Assembly (NCBI RefSeq): GCF_018350175.1
Contig: NC_058368.1
Span: 212,972,001-213,036,000 of the forward strand
DNA length: 64,000 bases
Source of the DNA: Felis catus
Lineage: Eukaryota
Reading direction: 5' to 3'
Below are positions 53,631-64,000 of the stretch, in pieces. The notes under the pieces were generated by a model. That model saw only the letters and a list, made by a program, of their open reading frames with translations. It ran no database searches and was not told the origin of the DNA. Position 1 is the stretch's first letter. Each line of letters begins with the position of its first letter. The position numbers were made by a program, and so were the translations under genes.

Positions 53631-54230
53631 ATATGAGAAATGCTAATTTGATTCTGATTGAAACAGAGTCAGTGGTCTGAAAAAAAGTCAACAGAACATT
53701 TCCAGCTTTTCTGTAGTTCTTTCCTTTTGGAATTTTCTAATCCTAGCCAGTTATCGGGAGGTATACTAAATAATAAAAGAAATCCATCATTTCTTCCATC
53801 CACACAAAGTTCCCTGTGCCATGCGTTCCTCGGTTTCAGAATTCCAGTTGCTTGGGACTGCTCACTTTTAACTGACTGGATGGGACTGCGTGTGGGCATC
53901 GCAAAAACAGGAGACCGAGCTTGGCACTCAAGTTATTTTATTTCTCCTCATAGGTACCGTGTGTCTGAAACAACTTACCTTTGCATTACTGCATTCCAGA
54001 TACCTGCTCCCACCACCCGCCCTGGGCTCTGCTGGGGTCATCACATTTGGAACCACAGTGAGTGTGGGAAATGACTCAACAGCCCGACTTGCTGACTATT
54101 TGGGATGGACACACAGAGGCAGAGGAAGAAAAATGTTTCTTATTGCTTACGTGCCATCTCAGCAAAGATTATCTGCATGCATATTGCTTCAAGTACAGAA
54201 GAAAGACCCTATAAAGTTTCTGTCAAGACT

Positions 54231-54383
54231 GAGCCTGGGTGGCTCAGCCAGTTAAGCATCAGACTCTTGATTTCAGCTCAGGTCATGATCTCATGGTTCT
54301 GTCCTGAGAGCATGGAGCCTGCTTGGGATTCTCTCTCTGCCTCTCTCCCTCTCTCGAAATAAATTAAGTAAACTTAAAGAAAA
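54231..54383 (+). mobile_element. Internally deleted Can-SINE
   Basis: TSD aaagtttct(g/a)tcaag. Confidence 0.85.
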
Positions 54384-55075
54384 AAAGTTTCTATCAAGCA
54401 CGTTTAAATTATTTGTAGCATATCCATATGACTATTTTAAGATGTGTAAAATGCTATGGATAATCCCTCTCAGAGCTGCCACGTATGGTTGGTCAAGTTG
54501 TGCACAAGGGCACCTGGCTGATTAAGGCTGTGTCCATCCAGAAAAAGAGATGCATTTTAAGTTTTGCACAGAGGAACTGTATGGCCTAGCAGCATCCATG
54601 AATGTATTATTTTTACTTCTCTAACTTAGTGAACAACAACAAAAAATGGTGTAAAAACTTTTATATGTTCACTTCTGACTCCACTACCTCAACTCCTTAA
54701 AATCTTATTTTTCAACTATAAATTCTCCTTCATTACAGAGTGTCAGGAACCTCTCCTTGCAATTTGAGAAAACTGGAGAAATAGGACAACATGGTACTTG
54801 CAGAGGAAAGACTGTACAAAGTACTAGGTGAGTGAAAAAGAATGGCCACAGGAGGATTGCAGCAGATTTCTAAATAGTGGTCACTTTTAAACTCACCTGT
54901 AACATTCGTATAAGGCAGAAATGTAGAACTGGTAAAGTGGCCTTCTTACATTTGGATGATGTCATATTCAATATTCAATATGATCATGGTGAAGAGATAA
55001 TCCTGTGTTCATTATAAAATATTTACCTAGCACATAGTTCCATAGAGAAAACTCATGTCTACTGCCTAAGTCCCT

Positions 55076-55099
55076 GGGGGGGGGGGGGGGGGGGGGGGG
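55076..55099. repeat. Poly-G homopolymer (~24 nt)
   Basis: Directly visible. Confidence 0.9.
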
Positions 55100-55185
55100 A
55101 ATCTGGAACATTAATTTTACCCTGCTAAAGCAAGTTCATGCTGAAATTACCATACTGGAGAGGTTTTTTAGCAAGAATTAGTGTT

Positions 55186-55190
<5 letters not shown>

Positions 55191-55226
<36 letters not shown>
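55191..55226. repeat. (CA)n microsatellite
   Basis: Directly visible. Confidence 0.95.
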
Positions 55227-55228
<2 letters not shown>

Positions 55229-55481
55229 TATCCCCTTTTCAAGTGGGATTTTGCATAAGAGTAAAACAAGAGGATACACTCTCACTGGCCATGCTATTTA
55301 GACAGACAAGCAGATTACTAGCTGTATTATAATTAAAGAACTGCAGCTCAAGTCCTAAGTCAGGGTACAGGGTTGAAAATCTACACATCATTCACTGGCT
55401 TAGTATGTAGTTTGACCCCATAATGGAACTAGTTCAAATTTCTTTTTAACATTATATTATAGGTTTTTAAATGTTGCTTTT

Positions 55482-55710
55482 GGGGCGCCTGGGTGGCTCA
55501 GTCAGTTAAGCATCCGACTTCAGCTCAGGTCATGATCTCACTGTTTGTGGGTTTGAGCCCCGTGTCAGGCTCTGTGCTGTCAGCTCAGAGCCTGGAGCCT
55601 GCTTCGGATTCTGTGTCTCCCTCTCTCTGCCCCTACCCCTCTCGCGCTGTATCTCAAATATAAATAAGCATTAAAAACAAAAAGAAAATTGTTGCTTAAA
55701 AAAAAAAAGA
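55482..55710 (+). mobile_element. Can-SINE
   Basis: Full SINE body and A-tail. Confidence 0.93.
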
Positions 55711-55754
55711 TTGCTTTAAAAAATAAAATCTAACTCTGTTATGTCTCATGCTTA

Positions 55755-56290
55755 GATTTTTTTATTAATTATTATTTTATTATTAAATATTTCAAAATAC
55801 ACAAGGGAGTATAGAGAATGATACAATAAACACATGGTCCCTACCACTTAGCTATAACAAATATTTTTGCCTTGCCATATTCACTTCCCATTTTTTTGTT
55901 AAAGACATGAACCCCACCCGTGAGGTTGCTGCTGCCTATGTAGCCCTTACCGATGTCGTTCCCTCCCTCCTGCCTGGAGGAGCCCACTACTCTGAAGCCA
56001 AAGTGTTTCTATCCCAAGCATATTTTTAAACTTTAACCTCCTAAGTATATAATTCTATAACCTGGGTTTTTTCACTTAACACTAGATTTTTAATATTTCT
56101 TCCATGTTAATACACATACTTCTAAGTCATTTGTGCTGGTTACTGTAGGTTGTATCAGTAGTTTATGTATCCATTCTGCTACTGAAGGAAATCTGAGTTG
56201 TTTGCAGTTTTTCACCATTACAAACAAGACTCTGATGAATAGTCTCATGCATTTTTCCTGGAGCACAGGCATGAGAGTTTTTCCAGAGGC
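55755..56290 (-). mobile_element. Old L1ME-like 3' fragment
   Basis: atccattctgctactgaaggaaatctgagttgtttgcagtttttcaccattacaaac. Confidence 0.55.
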
Positions 56291-56676
56291 CTATCCATTC
56301 CATTTGCTTTTCCATAAAGGTTGCTTAAATATAGCAGATTTATATGGCTGCAGCTAGCTACAGGTTGCCAAGAAATTCTTCCCTTCGCAGAGGAAAACAT
56401 AATGGCCAGGGAGGGCTCTCTGGGTGACCTGGGCCTCTACCATATACAATGGCTCTTACAGAAGCCCCCTCCCTCGGCGAACAGCAGGAACCTTCCCGCC
56501 TCACCCTCCTCCATGGGGAGAGCTAATAATACATCAGGACATGCAGCTTTCCTCCTGAAGGTACCCAGGCTAGTGCTTATAAAACCTGGAACAGACCAAT
56601 GGAAGCACTGTGGAAATGATGTATGTATGTGGCAAACACCCAAAGCTGTTTGGAGGTTTAACAGTGAACATGACAG

Positions 56677-57170
56677 CTGTGGTGGGCAGATTAATGGCAC
56701 CGCCCCCTCCCCCCACCAAAGATTTCCACATCTAATCCCTGAAACCTGTGAATATGTTTCCGCACCTGGCAGAAGGGACTGTGCAGGTATGAGTAAGTTA
56801 AGGACCTTGAGAAGAGGTGACTGTCCTGGATTATCTGGAAGGAAATGGGGTCCAATGTAATCACAAGGGTCCTTAAGGAGGAAGACACAAGGGTCAGAGT
56901 TGGACGCTGGAAGATGCTAAGCCTTTGAAGATGGAGGAGGGGCCACCAACCAAGGAATGTGGCAGCCTCTAGAAGCTGGAAAGGGCAAGGAAAGGGATCC
57001 TCCCTTAGAGCCTCCAGAAGGAACACAGCCTTCCCAGCACCTTGATTTTAACCCAGTGATCTTGGCCCAGCTTTTACGTCTGGCCTCCAGAAATGTGAGG
57101 TAATACATTTGTGTTGTTTTAAGTCGCCGGGTTTGTGGTAATTTATTACAGCAGTGGCATGAAATGAACA
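56677..57170 (+). mobile_element. MaLR solo LTR (MLT1D-like)
   Basis: tgtggtgggcagattaatggc...gaaacctgtgaatatg...gcctctagaagctggaaagggcaagg...gtggtaatttattacagcag. Confidence 0.85.
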
Positions 57171-57837
57171 ACAGCAAAGGTGGAGGAGGACCCACCTTGT
57201 GGATCCTCACAGAAAAGGAGGCACACCTCACCCTACCCATCCGAGAGAACAGAGCCGCCAGTGCAAAGGCTAACTTGAAGAAGACCGTCATCCTTTAGGA
57301 CTGCAGCCATTGGCAGGCAACACAAGAGCTCCGTGCATATCCCCATTGGGACTTGGGATTTGGCAGCCCATCCCTGCAAGTAGCCAGTGATGGCCTCCGC
57401 AATTTAGCGGATGCGGTGGGTTGCAGTAAATCAGTGTGTTGTTTGTGTGATCTTTCCCTCCAGGATCTGGAGGAAACTCCCTGGTATCACTTGCTTCCTA
57501 GTCAACCCCTGATTTTGGAATCTGAAGCCTTGTCTGTCTGTTCTAGGTCTGAGGGCTGCTCCCTGACCTCCCCCCTCCCCCCACCCATCTGGGATCCTAC
57601 ACTCTGACCTCACTTTGAGCTGGACCTCCTGCCTGGCTGGACTCCTGCCTGCACCCTCTCACTTAGATGGGAAACCTCCAGATGTTGACTCCTGACCTGT
57701 CCCATCCGAGCATGTCTGTGCTCTGTGACAAATCTGGATCTTGTTGTGTGTCCTTCCCTGGACTTGTGACCTGGTTTTGTTTGTCCTCCAGGTTGGCCTG
57801 ACCTCTGAGGCCCAGATCTTGACCTGACTAACTGTGA

Positions 57838-58060
57838 TTTTTTTTTTTAATTTTTTTTTCAACGTTTATTTATTTTTGGGACAGAGAGAGACAGAGCATG
57901 AACAGGGGAGGGGCAGAGAGAGAGGGAGACAGAATCGGAAGCAGGCTCCAGGCTCTGAGCCATCAGCCCAGAGCCTGACGCAGGGCTCGAACTCACGGAC
58001 CGCAAGATCGTGACCTGGCTGAAGTCGGACGCTTAAGCGACTGCGCCACCCAGGTGCCCC
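57838..58060 (-). mobile_element. Young felid Can-SINE
   Basis: TSD ctgtgattttt. Confidence 0.94.
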
Positions 58061-58714
58061 TGTGATTTTTATTCAAAGCACACTTCCCAGCTAGTTCTGC
58101 CTCTCCTTAGTTTAGTGTCCCTGTTAAAACAAGGGTCTTTCTCTCCTGCAACCTGAATAGAAGAGTAGCCACAAGAAACTGACAACCTATTTCAGTGCCA
58201 GGAACTGTGCTGGCATCTCTATATACGTATTCCATTCGATCCTAAAAGATCCCAGGGTGTGTCAGAGTTCAGAATACCAATGCCCCAAGCCTTTTCTTCT
58301 GGAAAACACAGCTTCCTCCTTTCAGAGACCGGCTCCCCATCATGCTATCATGAAGACCATGTTGATCTAATGGAGGTGGCTAATCGTGTTCTCCACTCTG
58401 CCAGCCACGGTAGCAGTCAATGAGCTGAGCTCATTAGCACACGTCACCCTCCTGCCCATCAAGACTGGAAGTGTGACCTCAAGTCGGGCTAATCAAAGCC
58501 CTTCTCCAGAATGTTTTCAATAGAGCATTACATGGGAGGATCCCTTTCCTGGGAAACAGGTGAGGCACAAGCTAAGAGGTGAGAGCCAGGTCACCAATCT
58601 CATGGGGAAAGCTGGTTGAAGAGAATGAAACAGACCCAAGGACACAAGAATCACACGGAGAAAATAAACTTTGACAGCATTTAAGTCTCTGGAGATGCAC
58701 AACACACAGTGTTT

Positions 58715-58920
58715 CCAAGTGTGGGCTCAGAGTCAGACTGCCTGGGTAACCTTGGGAAAGAACCTCTCTGAACCTGAGTTTCACTTTTGCAAAAAGATAA
58801 TAATAGTATTTAACTCATGGGGCTGTTGTGAGGATTGAATGAATTAATGCATGTGAAGCATGTTGAACAGTGTTTGGTTTGGCACATGGCCCTCCCACAA
58901 TAAATATTAACTATTATAAG
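58715..58920 (+). mobile_element. MIR remnant
   Basis: gagtcagactgcctgggt...aacctctctgaacctgagtttc...gttgtgaggattgaatgaattaatgcatgtgaagca. Confidence 0.7.
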
Positions 58921-61620
58921 CTACTCCAGCTGCCCATGACACTATTGCCACCCTCGTCCTGCCATTGGTTTGGTTACTTAAGCAAATATTGCAGCTGGTG
59001 TTTGGTCCCTATAATTTGCAACCTGAAGAGTCCTGAGATATGTAGTCCTGATTTTTCTAAATTCATGGATTCCATGAGATGCTCTAAGAGAACAAGTTTC
59101 CATAGCTAAGTTTGGGCAACCCTTGGATACCCATTGTGTTTTCATGTATACAGCTCCCCTCTTTGATAGTCTGGTTTTGTGTTAATATAGTAAAGGCTCT
59201 GAGTGACCCTACGACTAAAAAGCCAGTTGAACTTCATTCAACCTAGGCCTTCCCAAACTTAATTTTTAACTTCGGTTTCTTTTCTTCTTTCCTAAGATCC
59301 TTGTTTTCTATTCTATAAAACCAGCATTGTACAGGGTACACTTTGGTGTGATGAATAGAACATAAAGCTGAGGAAGACGAGGAATATGCTGATGGATGAG
59401 TTGAACCCAGATCTATTTGAAACTAAAACGTACGCTCTTTCCACAGTTTCGTACACATCACAAACACATTAAGTGTCATCATAAGTGTTAGACATACTGG
59501 TTTTGAGTTTGCTTTTCTGTTCTAAGTGTTACTTTGCCAGGGAATGAAGTTTTAAGTGTTTGCTCTTGCAGATTCATATATACTATGCAAAATTAAGTAG
59601 AAATGAAATTTTAAGACAATTTTGAATAAAAATTATCTCGGACATGCAACAGCCTCTTCTTTGAAAAATTATAAGAAAGATGGCTTTTCTTTTTGGGTCG
59701 CCAGAGCCAATTTTGGAAGAAACATTAGCTTGGGAGATGTTTTCATTCTAATCCACACTGTCAGATACCTTTGTCTTCATTTGCAGGAGGGCCAAATGAT
59801 TGCACAACCTCTCACATGTCCTTCTGGCCCAAACTCTAGCTTCTGATTATCCAAAGCCATGTTATCGAATCTAGGCAACGAAGATTATTATTGTTGTTGT
59901 TGTGGGTTGGTATTGATTGTTGGGCCCTAAGAATTGTCAGAGGGGACTTTTGGACCAAACAAGAGACCTGACTCCTTCTGGCAGACTTACAATCAAAATT
60001 AGACTGAGTTGTATAATGGTTTTAGGCATCTGATATAGGACTTGCCAAATTTCATGGCTTCAGGCACACGGAATGCACATCCCTGTTCCAGGGAGGCTAA
60101 ATATTTTTCCAAATCAGTAGATAAAACAAACTCCCTGACCTCAACTTACTTCCTGGCGCCTGGAGTCCTGAGTAGCTGATGAAGAGTGTCTGTCTGCTAT
60201 CAAGTGACAGGACACATTCAGACTGGCTCCTATGCTCAGGACCATGTGGTACCTGATCCTGTCTCCATCTTCAGAGCTAAGATTTTGGCCACAACTTAAA
60301 GATCTAAGTCCAGAGGGCAATGGGCCAGGGTTAGATACCATTAAATGCCATTGAATCAGCCTTGAAGGGCAACTGTGGCTTCTTAGAGCATGAGGCAATG
60401 TGCTGTGGCTGGAGGCCGGTGACAGCCTGTGATCACAGACCCCAGGCACACCAAGTCTCAAACGTCATATCTGAAATGGAGAGATGGCTACATCACTCTC
60501 TTAAGTAAATACTATGCTCAGATTTTAGACCTTACAGAGCCAACCAAGTAGGGAGTAAATCCATCAAAGGGAACCTGAAGCTTCTGACCTAAGGGCTTGG
60601 TTGGGTAGACACCTTAACTATTTGACAGTGACATCTACTGACTGTGTTAGACACTGCCACCTTACAGATAAAATAGGAATTAGCTAAGCTTTGAAGGCTC
60701 AGAGGAAGGCAAAATGAGGGGTGGCGGGGAATTCCCATGGATGGTCTAGAGCGAGATTAATAGAGAAGGAAGAGCACACATATTAAAAAGCATCGTAGAG
60801 GGTTACAGACAATGAAAATGAATTTCTAACTATCACAAAGTCCTTTGAGTCTTTTCCAGGAGAGCTGCTGCAAACATGTTGATCACCGTCCTAACGCCCT
60901 CTGCATCCATCAGCTCATCCCCATGCCATTTACCTGGGGTTCTCTGGTCAGTCAATTGCACTTGCCCGTTAGACTCTTCAGCATTTGCACTGCTGCACGT
61001 AGGCATGTTTTCTCCCCACTTTCTCCTCTCCCTGCCCATCCTCCTGCAAATAAGCTGTATTTAACCAAAAGCCTGGTTCCTATCTTTTCGCTTTATTGAG
61101 TCATCTACATAACTTTTTCTGACATCTGCTGAGCCCAGGGAGCCAGGCAGCCACAGTCTCCCCTCACGTCCTACTGTATATGTGGAAAGACACATGACTC
61201 CATTTTGTTCCAAACTGCCCTAAACCTCCCAGTCACTCTTCTTCCCACAAACGCCACCAAGCTGCTTGTGCTACTGAGTGGCCTGCTTGAGGGGACCGCT
61301 CACCCCGCTGTGGGTCCTGACTATATACCCTTGAAAGCAAGGAGAGTGTCACATCCCACTTGGGCACCCCTCAGACCTACCTGATGGCCTTTAACAAATG
61401 CTTACTGTATGAATGAATGATTGGGAGACCTGTTTTAATTCAGGGTCATCAGTGGATTGAAAAGGTCCTGTTGACGGCTATCATCCTGCCCAAATACTCA
61501 AAATTGGAAACATGGAAATTAAACATTCTCAAAGAAAAATTGAGTCTGGCTTCCTGGTCATTTCTATCATTGTCTATTTTTTTCTTATTAAAATAAATTT
61601 TTAAAAAAGGAACTCCTTTT

Positions 61621-61808
61621 GGGGCATCTGGGTGGCTCAGTTGGTTAAGCATCCAACTTCAGTCCAGGTCATGATCTCACGGTTCATGGGTTCAAGCCCT
61701 GCATCGGGGTCTGTACTGACAACTCAGAGCCTGGAGCCTGCTGCTTCGGATTCTGTCTCCCTCTCTCTCTGCCCCTCCCCCGCTCATATTTTCTCTCTCT
61801 CTCTCTCT

Positions 61809-61841
<33 letters not shown>

Positions 61842-61875
61842 AAAAATAAATAAACATGTTTAAAATTTTTAAAGG
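61621..61875 (+). mobile_element. Can-SINE with expanded (CT)n
   Basis: Full SINE body. Confidence 0.92.
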
Positions 61876-63347
61876 AAAAGGGAAATCCTTTCGAACATTT
61901 GTCTCAACTAAGATCACAACACAGTGCTCTAAGTTTCTTTAATATTGTCTTTAAGGAAGTAGGTTTAGTTCTTCAAGAGAATGCTCAAAGAGGAATACTG
62001 TGCACTGAGAGTCAGGAGCTGATTTGGGAACTGGCATTGCCTCCCAGACCTTAGACTGGGGGCCTGCTTTGAAGAATGACAGCAGAAGGCTGAGAATTAT
62101 AGCTTCGATTGATTTAGGAAAATAACGTTGGTTTTTACTGCTAATTTACTACATGAAAGCATTTGCCATCAATTTTTACTTGGTAGATAAAATGCATGTA
62201 TGGGAAACAGTATTTTTTAAATGTCACAAACATGAGATGCTCAGAATGTCTAGATGTAAATATGTTGCTTTAGTCCTTTCATTATTTCTGTGCAACTATG
62301 GGCCAGCCTATGGAGATTTTCGGGTGGATTTTCATATTGTCTGAGCTTGTTGAGTAATTATGAAAATTAAACTCTGCCATCAAGATTCAGTAGAATTATT
62401 TGTTCTCATCCCATTTGACTCCTTTTTGCGGGGGCACTGGACGTCTGTCATTTGGAAGGAAGAAAGCTGCAAGGGTGAATAGGTGGGATGAAATAGAGAT
62501 CTAGCACCCCAACAGAAAGATGTTATGTGAGCAATTTATTCCACCAAGGGTGCCCAGCACAGCTCGGTGCTTAAGTTGGAACACTAGAAAGATAAAGATG
62601 ACTCATCATTTAGCCACAAGCATGGATACAAAGGGCTGACCTGTTACAAAATGCTGAGAGGCACACTGGCACGGTTATGGTGTCGGGGTTCTGCCTTCAT
62701 GACTTCTCCTGGAGAAGGGTGGTCACTGCTGGAGTAACCAGCTAGCGGGGAAAATGGGAAATTAAAAAAAAAAAAAGTTGCTTAGGAATTGTCTCTTGGG
62801 ATAGAATTTGGAAGGTTGGGTATCTTTAATACCCCAGGAACTAGGATGCAAGACAGCTCACTCCAGTGGACCCCAGAGAACGCTTGGCCAAAGGGATGAT
62901 TCTGCTTCCTGTTGGCAGTCAGTAATTCTCTGCCTTTTGTCACTTCCTAGCTCTTCAGAAAGCTCTCTTAAGTGACATAATCTCGTAATCTCGGCTCAGC
63001 TGTGCTGTAGTCATGCATGGGAAGGCCATGCTTCCCTGGTTAGGCCAGTTTTGTTAAAAGGGAAATGATGCTGGCTACTCTCACCACTACCCCCAGCCAG
63101 CATGGAGCTGGTGGCTGGGGTGCATAAGACATACCCCCTGCAGGTCAGTGGAACTTGGGAGACAAACAGGGCTGTGGGATCTAGCCATTCCTCCTCTCCG
63201 GGAGATTCTCTTTCCAGGGTTAACCTCGAAGGACCTGGTTGTTATTTATTTATTTATTTATTTATAATAAAATTGGGGTGGGGGTCATTACTTTCAGGCA
63301 CTACTGTTTCCTACATGAAATGATCTGATATCTAAAACGAAAGAAGT

Positions 63348-63945
63348 TGTTATGGGCTTAATTTCTATCCCCCCAAAATTCGTATGTTAAAACCCTCACC
63401 CCATTTTGACTGTATTTGGAAAGAGTCCCTTTAAAAAGGTAATTATAATCAAATGAAGTCATAAGGGTGGGACCCTAATCCTATAGGAAGGACTGGTGTC
63501 ATTATAAGAAGAGGAAGAGGGGTGCCTGGGTGGCTCAGTCGGTTGAGTCCGACTCTTGATTTTGACTCAGGTCACGATCTCACAGTTCGTGGGTTGGAGC
63601 CCTGTGTTGGGCTCTGTGCTGACAGTGTGGAGCCTGCTTGGGATTCTCCTTCACTCCCTCTCTCTGTCTGCCCCTCCCCTGCTCTTTCTCTTTCTCTCTC
63701 AAAATAAATAAATAAACTTAAGAACAAGAAGAACAAGAAGGAGAAGAAACACCAGAGATCTGTCTCCAGTGAGCCCACACTGGTGGCGGTCTACAAGCCA
63801 GAGAGAGAGGATTCACCAGAAACCAACCCCATCAGCACCTCACCTTGGACTTCTAGTCTCCAGAACTGTGGGGACAAAAAAAATCTGTTGCTTAAGCCAC
63901 CGGGTCTATGGTATTTGGCCATGGCAGCCTAAGAAGACAAATAGA
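63348..63945 (+). mobile_element. MaLR solo LTR (MLT1A/B-like) with nested SINE
   Basis: tgttatgggcttaat...ccccccaaaattcgtatgtt...cttggacttctagtctccagaactgtg...ctatggtatttg. Confidence 0.85.
63519..63730 (+). mobile_element. Can-SINE nested in an MLT1 LTR
   Basis: Full SINE body. Confidence 0.92.
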
Positions 63946-64000
63946 GAAGGCAAGGCCCCTAGCTCCCAGAACAGTTTTGTCCTTTGCTGAAGTGCCTGTC

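Noticed and set aside
55076..55099. Poly-G tract (and poly-C at 36260-36284) as functional G4 elements
   Set aside because: Homopolymer length is unreliable in assemblies and there is no supporting context
56321..56860. 179-aa plus-strand ORF
   Set aside because: Non-ATG start, runs into an MLT1D LTR, no recognisable domain

Overview
This is mammalian genomic DNA. Abundant tRNA-derived Can-SINEs and carnivore LINE-1s point to a felid (cat or close relative). The window holds the 5' end of NPR3 (natriuretic peptide clearance receptor, NPR-C) on the minus strand: coding exon 1 (15471-14715), a ~13.4 kb intron 1, exon 2 (1267-1145) and the start of intron 2. A CpG-island promoter spans ~12.9-17.4 kb, followed by ~46 kb of upstream, repeat-rich sequence. 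NPR3 is the only host protein-coding gene I can support; the other ORFs are SINE/L1/microsatellite or GC-rich shadow frames. I found no evidence of a new multi-gene biological system. The most unusual signals are retrotransposition structures readable from target-site duplications (TSDs): a U6 snRNA/L1 chimeric retrocopy with an apparent 3' transduction; two more probable L1 3' transductions (one carrying a SINE); a tail-less internal L1 RT-core fragment lacking a TSD; and a site hit twice, leaving three TSD copies. Repeat subfamily names are by eye and need RepeatMasker/Dfam confirmation; boundaries of old repeats are approximate.
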